From contig JAIOAV010000007.1 in NCBI GenBank assembly GCA_019873665.1, positions 9,840 through 73,839 on the forward strand: a DNA stretch of 64,000 nucleotides, written 5' to 3'. Under the pieces are notes generated by a model. The model was not told the DNA's origin. It searched no databases and saw only the letters and a list, made by a program, of their open reading frames with translations. Made by a program: the position numbers and the translations under genes. The DNA comes from Chloroflexota bacterium. GTDB lineage: Bacteria > Chloroflexota > Anaerolineae > JAAYEA01. Of this stretch, positions 44,112 through 52,952 are shown in pieces (positions within the stretch are counted from its first letter, which is position 1; each line of letters opens with the position of its first letter).

Positions 44112-45038
44112 ATGACAATGGAGAGCCAGATGATCAAGCTGGGATGTTGTGCGTTCAATTTTGGCTGGCTGGACCTGGAGAGCGCGCTGCGCCTGGTCAG
44201 CCAATTGGGCTTCCGCTATGTTGACATTGGCGCGAACAGCCCGACGGCGCAGGTGAACCAGGAGGCAGCTGCCGCTGATCCGATGCGCGTGGGCGCGGAG
44301 ATCCGCGAGGCGGCGCACCGCTATGGTCTGGAGCCGATCGAGTTGTTTGCCCTGACGATCCATGTGGACGGCCAGCCGGTAGATGTCAATGATCCAGACC
44401 CCGCGCGCAGGCGCAGGCTGTTGCGGCAGTTCCGTGGCCTTTGCCAGTGCGCCGCGGCGGCAGGGATGCAGAGCGTGCTGGGTCTCCCCGGCAAGCTGCA
44501 GCCGGGCTGGGAGGCCGGACGTTCGTGGCAAGTCGCGGCAGAGACGTTGACCGAGATGGTGGCTGTGGCGCGAGCGGAAGGCGTGCGCTTCAATCTGGAG
44601 GCCGCCAAAGGCTCGCTGCTGGAGCACCCGGCTGCCGCGCTGCGCATGGCGCAGCAGGTGCCGGGCCTCGGCTATACGATTGACTACGGGCACTTTGTTG
44701 GGCAGGGCATCGCGCAGGAAGAGGTCACGCCGCTTCTTCCTTTTGCGTCGCACATCCACGGCAAGCAGGCGCGGCCTGGCTACATCAAGTGCCTGTGCCA
44801 CGATGGCACGGTGGACTTTGCCGCCGTCATCCGCGAGCTGCGGGCGCGCGAATGGGATGGTGTCATCGCCATGGAGTGCATCGGGCGCCTCCTGCCGCCG
44901 TCCAACCAGCCCGCATATCAGAATGTGCGCGTTACTGGCGAAGCAGAGCCACCCACGTCCGGCTTGCTCAATCACCCGGCGTTTCAGACAGTGCAGCTGG
45001 CATATGAATTGCAGCGTATCCTCAACAGCGCGAGCTAG
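44112..45038 (+). CDS. Sugar phosphate isomerase/epimerase family protein (xylose-isomerase-like TIM barrel)
   Basis: IKLGCCAFNFGW, GFRYVDIG, FNLEA, DYGHF and HIHGKQ patterns. The start could instead be the ATG at 44130. Confidence 0.7.
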   Translation: MTMESQMIKLGCCAFNFGWLDLESALRLVSQLGFRYVDIGANSPTAQVNQEAAAADPMRVGAEIREAAHRYGLEPIELFALTIHVDGQPVDVNDPDPARRRRLLRQFRGLCQCAAAAGMQSVLGLPGKLQPGWEAGRSWQVAAETLTEMVAVARAEGVRFNLEAAKGSLLEHPAAALRMAQQVPGLGYTIDYGHFVGQGIAQEEVTPLLPFASHIHGKQARPGYIKCLCHDGTVDFAAVIRELRAREWDGVIAMECIGRLLPPSNQPAYQNVRVTGEAEPPTSGLLNHPAFQTVQLAYELQRILNSAS

Positions 45039-45060
45039 ACGCCACATCGAGGAGGGTTTC

Positions 45061-46023
45061 GTGCGCGTTCTCGTCGGCCCGAATGGATTCGGATTGGAGC
45101 AGGTGATCCGCGAGTTGCAGGACATCTACCCACAGGTGGAACTGGCCTATTGCACCCAGCGGGAGGATCTAGCGCGGCAGATCGCCGATGTGGAGGTGTA
45201 TTTTGGCTGGCTGAGCCGCGACGAATTCCTCGCAGCGCGCAAGCTGCGCTGGATCCAGTCGCCCAGCAGCGGCGTGGATCGCTTTCTGGCGATCCCAGAA
45301 CTCAAGGCGGGGGACGTCATCCTGACCAGTGCCGTGGGCACGCATGGCGCGTGCCTGGCCGAGCACGCCCTGGCCATGATCTTCAGTTTCACGCGGGGCA
45401 TCATCGGCGCAGTGCAGGCACAGCGAGAGCGACGCTGGGCGATCGGCGCACTGCGCCCGCGCGTCGTCGAGTTGACCGGCAGCACGCTGGGCATCATCGG
45501 CCTGGGCACTGTGGGCCGGGCGCTGGCCAAGCGGGCGCAGGCGTTCGACATGCGCATCATCGCTGTGGACATGTACCCGACCAACAAGCCAGAGTACGTG
45601 GAGCACTTGGCGGGGCGGGATGGGCTGGAAGCACTGCTGCGCGAGTCAGACTATGTGGTGGTAACGGTGCCCTGGACCGCCGAGACGGACGGCATGATCG
45701 GGGCTGCCCAACTGGCGTTGATGAAGCCATCAGCGATGTTGATCGGCATCTCGCGCGGCGGCATCATTGACGAGGCGGCGCTGACCTCCGCGCTGCAAGA
45801 GGGTCGGCTAGCGGCAGCAGGACTGGACGTTTTCGCCACCGAGCCACTGCCGGCGGATAGCCCCCTCTGGGAATTGGAGAACCTGCTCATCACACCGCAC
45901 ATCGCGGGAGGCAGCCAGTTCGAAAGCCAAAACATCCGCGCCATCTTTGCCGAGAACCTGGGGCGCTATCTGCGCGGTGAGTTCCCGCTGCGCAATCAGG
46001 TGGACAAGGTGCGCGGCTTCTAG
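45061..46023 (+). CDS. D-isomer-specific 2-hydroxyacid dehydrogenase family protein
   Basis: GTG start after GAGGAGGG. NAD-binding GIIGLGTVGRALAKR and catalytic-region SRGGIIDE ... LDVF..EPLP ... TPHIAG. Confidence 0.85.
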   Translation: MRVLVGPNGFGLEQVIRELQDIYPQVELAYCTQREDLARQIADVEVYFGWLSRDEFLAARKLRWIQSPSSGVDRFLAIPELKAGDVILTSAVGTHGACLAEHALAMIFSFTRGIIGAVQAQRERRWAIGALRPRVVELTGSTLGIIGLGTVGRALAKRAQAFDMRIIAVDMYPTNKPEYVEHLAGRDGLEALLRESDYVVVTVPWTAETDGMIGAAQLALMKPSAMLIGISRGGIIDEAALTSALQEGRLAAAGLDVFATEPLPADSPLWELENLLITPHIAGGSQFESQNIRAIFAENLGRYLRGEFPLRNQVDKVRGF

Positions 46024-46039
46024 GCGTGAGGAGGATGTC

Positions 46040-47227
46040 ATGGTAAGCGAGATGACGCATCGCGAACGGGTGATGGCGGCGCTGTCGCATCGCCAGCCGG
46101 ACAAGGTGCCGGTTGACCTGGGGGGCACACGCGACTCGACTATCGTGGTCGAGGGATACGAGCGGCTGAAGGCGCACTTTGGCGTGCGCGACGCGAATCC
46201 GCTCACCAGCCGCATGATGCAGGTGGTTGACGTGCACGAGACCATCTTGCAGGCGCTCGACATTGACACGCGCGGCATCTTTCCTCGCACGCCGCCCGAT
46301 GTGTTGCTCGGCGAGGATCGCTACCGCGACGAGTGGGGCGTGGAGCGGGTGCGACCGCCTGGCTCGCACTATTTTGACCAGGTGACATTCCCGCTTTCCG
46401 GTGAGATCACCGTGCGCGATATCGCGCGGTATCGCTGGCCTGACCCGACCGCGCCGATACGGCGCGAGGGACTCAAGGAGCGGGTGCAGCAGATTCGCCG
46501 CGCCGGCTGCGCTGCCGTGCTGAACCTGCAAAGCGGCTTTGTACACGTCAGCCAGTACCTGCGCGGCTTTGCCGACTGGTTCATGGACCTCGCCAGTGAC
46601 AAGAAGCTGGCCGCCGCGCTCTTTGATGCTGTGTTGGAGGTCAACCTGGGCATCAATCGTGCGCTCTTGGAGGAGGTGGGCGCCGAGGTGGACGTGGTGA
46701 TGGCCTCCGATGACCTGGGTCTGCAGAATGGGCTGATGATGTCGCCGGAGCTATACCGCGAGCTTTTCAAGCCGCGTCAGCGCCGCTATTTTCAGCAGAT
46801 GCACGATCTATCTCCGGCTAAGCTCTTCTTCCACACCTGCGGCTCTGTGGCGGCCATCCTCGACGACCTCATCGAGATCGGCGTCGAGGTGCTGAACCCG
46901 GTGCAGGTGACGGCGGCCGGCATGGACCCACTCACGCTCAAGGGCCGCTATGGCGATCGCTTGGCTTTCTGGGGCGCGATCGACACGCAATACGTCTTGC
47001 CTCGCGGTAGCGTGGCAGAGGTCAAGGCTGAGGTGGAACGGCGCATCGAGGAGCTGGGCGCGGGCGGCGGTTACGTCCTTGGTGCGGTGCATAACATCCA
47101 GCCGGACGTGCCGGTGGAGAACATCATCGCCATGTATCGGCATGCACGGGAGTACGTGCCTTCTTTTGCCCGGCGGCATGGCACACGTGGCATTTCTGCG
47201 CAGACTAGAGAGGGGAAAGCGACATGA
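46040..47227 (+). CDS. Uroporphyrinogen decarboxylase (URO-D)-like family protein; paralogue of the C-terminal half of the 35711-37762 fusion
   Basis: Start MVSEMTHRERVMAALSHRQPDKVPVDLGG after GAGGAGGA. FFHTCGS, LNPVQ and LGAVHNIQPDVPVENIIAM parallel the fusion protein's RERVLAALNHVPPDRVPLDFG ... MLHSCGS ... NPVQ ... VHNILADVPPQNIIAM. Confidence 0.75.
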   Translation: MVSEMTHRERVMAALSHRQPDKVPVDLGGTRDSTIVVEGYERLKAHFGVRDANPLTSRMMQVVDVHETILQALDIDTRGIFPRTPPDVLLGEDRYRDEWGVERVRPPGSHYFDQVTFPLSGEITVRDIARYRWPDPTAPIRREGLKERVQQIRRAGCAAVLNLQSGFVHVSQYLRGFADWFMDLASDKKLAAALFDAVLEVNLGINRALLEEVGAEVDVVMASDDLGLQNGLMMSPELYRELFKPRQRRYFQQMHDLSPAKLFFHTCGSVAAILDDLIEIGVEVLNPVQVTAAGMDPLTLKGRYGDRLAFWGAIDTQYVLPRGSVAEVKAEVERRIEELGAGGGYVLGAVHNIQPDVPVENIIAMYRHAREYVPSFARRHGTRGISAQTREGKAT

Positions 47228-48039
47228 GAGGCAGAGATATCATTGCCGCGCTGCACGCTGGCAAGCGGGTCTATGGCACATGTGCCCTGTCCACGTCGCC
47301 GGCGTGGCCGGGTGCCGTGCGCAGCGCCGGCGCCGATCTCGTCTTTATTGATACCGAGCACACGCCCATTGACCGCACGCTGCTGTCGTGGATGTGCCGC
47401 ACGTACCAGGCTTTGGGAGTCGCGCCCATCGTGCGTATCCCCAAGCCAGACCCGTATTGGGCGTGCATGGCGCTGGACGGTGGCGCCAGCGGCATCATCG
47501 CGCCTTACATCGAGAACGCGGCCCAGGTGCGTGAGCTGCGCGGCGCTGTGAAATGGCGACCGCTCAAGGGGCAGCGGCTGGCATCCATCCTCGCCGGCGA
47601 AGCAGAGCCAGAGCCGGAGCTGGGCGCGTATCTGGTGGAGCGCAACGCTGACAATATCATGGTGGCGATGATCGAAAGCGTGCATGGCATCGCAGCCCTA
47701 GAGGAGATCCTCGCTGTGCCGCAGCTCGACGCAGTGCTCATCGGCCCGCACGACCTGTCGTTAAGCCTCGGTATCCCGGAGCAGTATCGCCATCCGCGTT
47801 TTGACGAAGCGGTGCGCACGATCATCCGCCAATGCCGCGCGCATCAGGTGGGCGTGGGGATTCACTTTTCCAGCGGCATCGAGCAGGAGATCGCTTGGGC
47901 GCGGGCGGGTGCTAACCTGATTATGCACAGCAATGACGTATCCCTCTTTCGCAACGCGCTGGCCGCCGATCTGGCGGCATTCCACGAGGCGCTAGACGAA
48001 AAGCGCGACGCGCCGGAAGAGGACAAAACGCGTATCTGA
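47224..48039 (+). CDS. HpcH/HpaI-family aldolase (second copy in the window)
   Basis: ATGA overlap with the previous gene. GADLVFIDTEHTP, IVRIPKPD, GIIAPYIE, MIES and LIGPHDLS. Confidence 0.8.
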   Translation: MRGRDIIAALHAGKRVYGTCALSTSPAWPGAVRSAGADLVFIDTEHTPIDRTLLSWMCRTYQALGVAPIVRIPKPDPYWACMALDGGASGIIAPYIENAAQVRELRGAVKWRPLKGQRLASILAGEAEPEPELGAYLVERNADNIMVAMIESVHGIAALEEILAVPQLDAVLIGPHDLSLSLGIPEQYRHPRFDEAVRTIIRQCRAHQVGVGIHFSSGIEQEIAWARAGANLIMHSNDVSLFRNALAADLAAFHEALDEKRDAPEEDKTRI

Positions 48040-48096
48040 CCACGCGGTGTGGAGGTGCGCTCTGTTGCGCTCCGTGTCAGGAAAGGATCCAACCAA

Positions 48097-49086
48097 ATGC
48101 AGAAACGACGTATCGGCGATTCAGGCCTGATCTGTTCGGCGATTGGTTTTGGCACATGGGAGATGAGCACCACACAGTACGGTGCGATTGATGTCCAGGA
48201 GGCGAGCGCTGCTGTGAACGCGGCGATTGACGCCGGCATCAACCTCTTTGATACCGCAGAGGTCTATGGTCCGTTCCATGCAGAAGAGATTCTGGGCAGG
48301 GCGCTGGGCGCACGGCGCAAGGATGTCATCGTCGTGACCAAGGTAGGATTCCAGTATGACGAGGCGGGCAAGAACATCGGCCGTAACGCCAAGTACGACC
48401 ATATCCTGGCGCGCACAGAGGGGTGTCTGAGGCGGCTCCAGACTGACTGGATTGATTTGCTGCTGATCCACTGGCCGGACCACCAGACGCCGCTGGATGA
48501 GACCATGCGTGCGCTGGAGGCGCTGCAGGCCGCGGGCAAGATTCGCTACTATGGTGTCTCCAATTTCACCGTGGAGATGATGGAGGAATGCCAGCGCCAT
48601 GGCCACCTTACCGCTAATCAGGTGGGCTACAACCTTTTCGATCGCCGCATGGAGGCACAGGTGCTGCCCTACTGCCTGCAGCACAACATCGGCTTTATGG
48701 CGTACGGCACACTCTGTTACGGCCTTTGCACGGGTGCCTTTACGCCGGAGACGACCTTTGTGGAATGGGACTGGCGCAGCAAGGGGCGGGCGTTTGGCCT
48801 GCCACTCTTTGAACGCGAGGATTTCCTCAAGGAGCTGCGCGTGGTAGAGCGGCTGCGCACGCTGGCGGCGGGATACGGCAAATCTGTGGCGCAACTTGCC
48901 ATCGCCTGGGTGCTGGGGCATCCGGTGGTGTCGGTGGCGCTGGTGGGAATGCGCAACGAGCGAGAGCTGTGCGAGAACGTGGCCGCGGCAGACTGGCAAT
49001 TGACCGCCGCGGATCGCGCCGAGATTGACCGTATCTTTGCCGAAGAGGGGGTGCCCACATATGTGGATGCCAAGCAGGCTATCTAG
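48097..49086 (+). CDS. Aldo/keto reductase
   Basis: Start MQKRRIGDSGLICSAIGFGTW. NLFDTAEVYGPFHAEE, WIDLLLIHWPD and GVSNF. Confidence 0.85.
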   Translation: MQKRRIGDSGLICSAIGFGTWEMSTTQYGAIDVQEASAAVNAAIDAGINLFDTAEVYGPFHAEEILGRALGARRKDVIVVTKVGFQYDEAGKNIGRNAKYDHILARTEGCLRRLQTDWIDLLLIHWPDHQTPLDETMRALEALQAAGKIRYYGVSNFTVEMMEECQRHGHLTANQVGYNLFDRRMEAQVLPYCLQHNIGFMAYGTLCYGLCTGAFTPETTFVEWDWRSKGRAFGLPLFEREDFLKELRVVERLRTLAAGYGKSVAQLAIAWVLGHPVVSVALVGMRNERELCENVAAADWQLTAADRAEIDRIFAEEGVPTYVDAKQAI

Positions 49087-49101
49087 CAGAGGGAGCAGCC
49101 T

Positions 49102-50053
49102 GTGAGCGCGCCGCTGCAGGTGGTAGGCTTGGGGCTGGCGACATTGGATATCCTGTTGCGCCTGCACGACATGCCCACGTGGGAGCGCGGCGCGCCGATC
49201 GAGGCGCTGCGCTTTGATGGCGGTGGACTGGTGGGCACGGCAATTGTCGCAGCGGCCAAGCTGGGCGCGCGCCGGCTTCATTGGCACAGCGGGCACCGAT
49301 GATGCGGCCGAGCTGAAACTCCGCTCCATGGTAGAAGCAGGCGTGGATCTGAGCCGGCTGGTGCGGCGGGATGGCCCGGACGACCAGGTGATTGTCGTTC
49401 ACGTCCATGCCGGCACGGGAGAGCGCGTCTTTAGCTCCGTGGGACGCGGCAGCCGCAGGCCCCTCTCACCGGACGAGCTAGACCGCGACTATATCACGTC
49501 CGCCGACTATCTGCATCTGGATGGCTTTCACGCCGAGGCGGCGCTGGCGGCGGCGCGCTGGATGAAAGAGGCGGGCAAGACGGTGGTCTTTGATGGTAGC
49601 CGCACAAGCGGGTACATCGGGGAGCATCAGCGCGTCCTGATCCCCTACGTGGATGTGCTGATCACCGGCGCCGGCTTTGGACGGGCGCTCACCGGGCGCA
49701 CTGACATCTGGAAGGCTGGGGATGCCATTCTGCAGATGGGGCCGCGCATCTTTGTGGAGACCGTGGGTGAGGCGGGCAGCTATACGGTTACGGCGAGTGA
49801 GCGCTTTCACACGCCCGCTTTTCGCGTGCCGGTGGTGGATACAACCGGCGCGGGCGATGTCTTTCATGGCGCGTACATTGTCGGCCTGCTGCGCGGCTGG
49901 ACGCCGCGCCAGATCGCGCTCTTTGCCGCGGCGGTCGCCGCCCTGAAATGCACGCAGCTCGGCGGCCGCGCCGGCATCCCTACCCTGGCGGCGACGATGG
50001 CGTTTCTGCGCGAGCGTGGCATCACGTTCGAAGACGAAAGGAGCGTGAGATGA
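49102..50053 (+). pseudogene. PfkB-family carbohydrate kinase split by a frameshift in a GCGCGC tract
   Basis: The N-terminal frame (VVGLGLATLDIL...GGGLVGTAIVAAAKLGAR) runs into a stop at 49300-49302. The family-consistent continuation AGFIGTAGTDDAAE...DTTGAGDVFHGA is in the +1 frame from ~49270. The junction lies in ggcgcgcgcc (49264-49273). Confidence 0.75.
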
Positions 50054-50715
50054 ATGTCCTGATGGTGTGCTATTCCGGTGGCTTTGAGCACAGCTACTTG
50101 CCCGATGCCGAGGTGGCGATCAAACAGCTCGGCCAGCAGTTTGGCTGGAAGGTGACGACCACGCACCTGCTCCGCCTGCTGACGCCGGAAAACCTGGCCA
50201 AGCTGGATATGCTGATCTTTGCCACTAGCGGTAACCTGCCGCTGGATGATGCGCAGAAAGAGGCAATGCTCGCCTTTGTGCGGGGCGGCAAGGCGTTCGT
50301 GGGCATCCACAACGCGGCGGACACGAGCTACGATTGGCCGGAATACAGCGCAATGCTGGGCGGGTGGTTCGCCGGGCACCCCTGGACGCAGGAGGTGAAT
50401 ATCATCGTGGATGATCCGGCACACCCGGCGATGCGCCCGCTGCCGCGCCAGTTCAGGGTATACGATGAGATCTACACCTTCAAGAACTGGGATCGCGCCA
50501 GGACACACGTGTTGATGCACTTGGGCAACAGCTCGGTGGATGTCAGCAAAGGAACACGAGCCGATCACGATTATGCATTGGCATGGTGTCACGATTACGG
50601 TGCGGGGCGTGTCATCTATACGGCGCTGGGTCATCCGGATACGCTGTGGCATGAACCGTGGTTCCTGGCGCATATCGCGGGCTGTCTCAAATGGGCTGCA
50701 CGCCTGGAGGAGTAG
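50050..50715 (+). CDS. ThuA-domain (trehalose-utilisation-like) protein
   Basis: ATGA overlap with the kinase stop. 221 aa with LIFATSGNLPLDDAQKEAMLAFVRGGKAFVGIHNA, GHPW, YDEIY and YTALGH blocks typical of ThuA-like proteins. Confidence 0.75.
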   Translation: MNVLMVCYSGGFEHSYLPDAEVAIKQLGQQFGWKVTTTHLLRLLTPENLAKLDMLIFATSGNLPLDDAQKEAMLAFVRGGKAFVGIHNAADTSYDWPEYSAMLGGWFAGHPWTQEVNIIVDDPAHPAMRPLPRQFRVYDEIYTFKNWDRARTHVLMHLGNSSVDVSKGTRADHDYALAWCHDYGAGRVIYTALGHPDTLWHEPWFLAHIAGCLKWAARLEE

Positions 50716-50771
50716 GCAGCCCGTCGTCCACACGGCGGATGATCTCATAGCGGAGAGTCGGACAGAAACCG

Positions 50772-50903
50772 AATGATGTTGCACAGCCTGGGTCATTCGT
50801 GTCACTGCGAGGGGCAAAGCGACCAAAGCAATCACCTTTCGAACCTCATGGGGGATTGCTTTGCCGCTGTGCGGTTCGCCATGACAGACCAGGTTGCTCA
50901 ACT
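50772..50903 (+). repeat. Interspersed repeat element, copy A (one direct plus one inverted 'gtcaYNgcgagg...aagcaatc' unit forming a hairpin)
   Basis: Shares its 5' flank (atgatgttgcacagcctgggtcattcgtgtcactgcgagg), internal units and 3' end (ggttgctcaact) with the element at 59741-59957. Internal arms AAAGCAATCACC / GGGGATTGCTTT. Confidence 0.75.
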
Positions 50904-50933
50904 TCATGCTCACAGAGAAGGGTAACAGACAAC

Positions 50934-51818
50934 ATGTCATTGGTCTCGATGATCAGAGAGCTGGAAAAGGCACGGGCAGGGGGCTATGCGGTCCCGTGCT
51001 TTGACACATTTGACATGATGGGCGCGGCGGGGATCATCTCCGCGCTGGAGGCCAGACGCGCACCGGGGATCATTGGCCTCTATACGCGGTGGATGGAGCA
51101 GACGGAAGGGCGCGCCTTTGTGCAGTTGGTGCGCGCGATGGCCGAGGATGCGACGGTGCCCGTGTCGCTTGTGTTGGATCACGGCGCTAGCTTTGAGCAC
51201 TGCGTCAAGGCGCTGGCGCTGGGCTTTTCCGATGTCATGTACGATGGCTCCAAGCTGCCGCTGGATGAGAACATCGCGCAGACCAAGCTGATCGTGCGCG
51301 CGGCGCACGCTGTCGGCGCGGGCGTGGAGGCCGAGCTGGGGCACGTCGGCTCAGGGCACGACTATCAGTCGTTCGGCGCGCTGGGCAAGGGCTTTACCGA
51401 TCCCGCGGCGGCGGAGCGTTTTGTCGCCGAAACCGGCGTGGACGCGCTGGCCGTCGCCATCGGCACGGCGCATGGCCAATACCAGGGCGAGCCTCGGCTC
51501 GCCCTGGATCTGCTGGCCGAGATTCGCGCGCGAGTGGCCATCCCGTTGGTACTACATGGCGGCTCTGGGCTTGCCGCGACGCAGTTCCGCAACGCCATAG
51601 AAGGCGGCGTTGCCAAAATCAACATCTTCACGGAGTTGGCTATCGAGGCCAGAGACCGGCTTTTGGCCGAGGCGGGGCGTGGGGAAGCAACCCTACTCAG
51701 CCTCTTGGCGCAGGTACGCGAGGGGTTCCAGCATCAGTGTGAACGCCACATTGACATGTTCGGCGCGGCGGGAAAAGCGACTTTGGATCACGACGGCCAG
51801 TCGGGTGCGGAGGGATAA
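50934..51818 (+). CDS. Class II (metal-dependent) fructose/tagatose-bisphosphate aldolase family protein
   Basis: Start MSLVSMIRELEKA. YAVPCFDT, LVLDHG, VMYDGS, EAELGHVG, AIGTAHG and LVLHGGSG are hallmarks of the class II aldolase family. Confidence 0.85.
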   Translation: MSLVSMIRELEKARAGGYAVPCFDTFDMMGAAGIISALEARRAPGIIGLYTRWMEQTEGRAFVQLVRAMAEDATVPVSLVLDHGASFEHCVKALALGFSDVMYDGSKLPLDENIAQTKLIVRAAHAVGAGVEAELGHVGSGHDYQSFGALGKGFTDPAAAERFVAETGVDALAVAIGTAHGQYQGEPRLALDLLAEIRARVAIPLVLHGGSGLAATQFRNAIEGGVAKINIFTELAIEARDRLLAEAGRGEATLLSLLAQVREGFQHQCERHIDMFGAAGKATLDHDGQSGAEG

Positions 51819-51821
51819 TAG

Positions 51822-52880
51822 ATGGACAACCACGTTCTCATCGAGGCAGCGCCCTTGCGGCAGTTCACAAGAGATGTTTTTGTCGCAGTCGGCCTGCCGC
51901 CGGAAGAGGCTGAGATCGAGGCAGATGTCCTAGTGTGGGCGAACCTGCGCGGTGTGGACTCGCACGGCGTGCAGCGCATCCCGATCTACGTGCGGGAGGC
52001 CAGGGCGGGACGTATCAAGGTCGTGCCGGATATACGGATCGAGAGGGAGACCCCCTGCCTGGCGCTCCTGGATGCCGACCACGCCTTTGGCCCGGTGGTA
52101 ACGGTGCGGGCCATGGAGATGGCGATGGAGAAGGCCGCTCAGGTGGGCGTCGGCTGGGTGCTGATCCGCAACACGACGCACCAGGGAGCGATAGGCTACT
52201 ATGCGTTGCTGGCGGCGCAGCGCGATATGGCGGGCATGGCGTGGGTATGTGGCCCGCCGAATATGGCGCCCTATGGCGCTAGGGCAGCGGGTGTGCATAA
52301 CAGTCCCATCGCCATCGCCGTGCCGGGCAAGACGCATCCACCTTTGCTGCTGGATATGGCCACCAGTGTTGCCGCGCAGGGGAAGGTTACGCTGGCATTG
52401 GAAAAGGGCATCCCGATCCCTGATACGTGGGCGCTGGACAAGGAGGGAAGGCCGACGACCGACCCGCAACAGGCAGTGATCATGCGCCCAGCCGGCCTTT
52501 ACAAGGGCTCCGATCTGGCCCTGATGCTCGAGTGCCTGTCCGGCCTGATGGTGGGGAACCCGCTGATCTACCCGCGGCTGATGGGGCTGGACACACCGTC
52601 GCCGGGGACACAAAACAGCGTCGTTGTGGCTATCAACATCGCCCTTTGCACCGATATCGAGCTGTACAAACAGCACATTGACGAGTTGGCGAGCGCCATC
52701 AAGTCGCTGCCTCCGGCAGAAGGCTTTGGCGAAGTGCTGCTGCCCGGCGAGCCAGAAGACCGCGTGGCAGCACGGCGGCGGCAGGAGGGGATTCCGATCC
52801 CGCTAGGGACAGCGCGGCGACTGCACGAAGTGGCGACCGATCTGCAGGTGTCGCTGCCGGCGGCGTTGCAGGCCGGCTGA
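51822..52880 (+). CDS. Ldh_2 family (malate/L-lactate/sulfolactate dehydrogenase-type) oxidoreductase
   Basis: LRGVDSHGVQRIPIYV, THQGAIGYYA, NSPIAIAVP, DMATSVAAQGKV and WALDKEGRPTTDP. Confidence 0.8.
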   Translation: MDNHVLIEAAPLRQFTRDVFVAVGLPPEEAEIEADVLVWANLRGVDSHGVQRIPIYVREARAGRIKVVPDIRIERETPCLALLDADHAFGPVVTVRAMEMAMEKAAQVGVGWVLIRNTTHQGAIGYYALLAAQRDMAGMAWVCGPPNMAPYGARAAGVHNSPIAIAVPGKTHPPLLLDMATSVAAQGKVTLALEKGIPIPDTWALDKEGRPTTDPQQAVIMRPAGLYKGSDLALMLECLSGLMVGNPLIYPRLMGLDTPSPGTQNSVVVAINIALCTDIELYKQHIDELASAIKSLPPAEGFGEVLLPGEPEDRVAARRRQEGIPIPLGTARRLHEVATDLQVSLPAALQAG

Positions 52881-52952
52881 GATGAGAAGAATGGAGACAG
52901 GGGCGCTTGTTGCGTTCGTCCAAGAGAACCACACTGTTGCTGGAGGGAGTGA

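Noticed and set aside
44680-45060. 127-codon upstream extension of the 2-hydroxyacid dehydrogenase ORF
   Set aside because: It overlaps the preceding TIM-barrel gene out of frame. A GTG with GAGGAGGG RBS at 45061 gives the family-typical N-terminus.
44043-45125. 360-aa minus-strand ORF
   Set aside because: Antisense to the TIM-barrel gene 44112-45038. The translation is Arg/Leu/Ala-rich with no motifs.
48121-49329. 402-aa minus-strand ORF
   Set aside because: Antisense to the AKR gene and the start of the PfkB gene, both of which have clear family motifs. No RBS.
50799-50933. N-terminal 45-codon extension of the class II aldolase ORF (MSLRGAKRPKQSP...)
   Set aside because: The extension is the translation of the interspersed repeat. 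The family-typical N-terminus starts at MSLVSMIRELEKA (50934).
49864-50940. 358-aa minus-strand ORF spanning the thuA-like gene and repeat copy A
   Set aside because: Antisense to a well-supported ThuA-domain gene and running through the intergenic repeat. No motifs.
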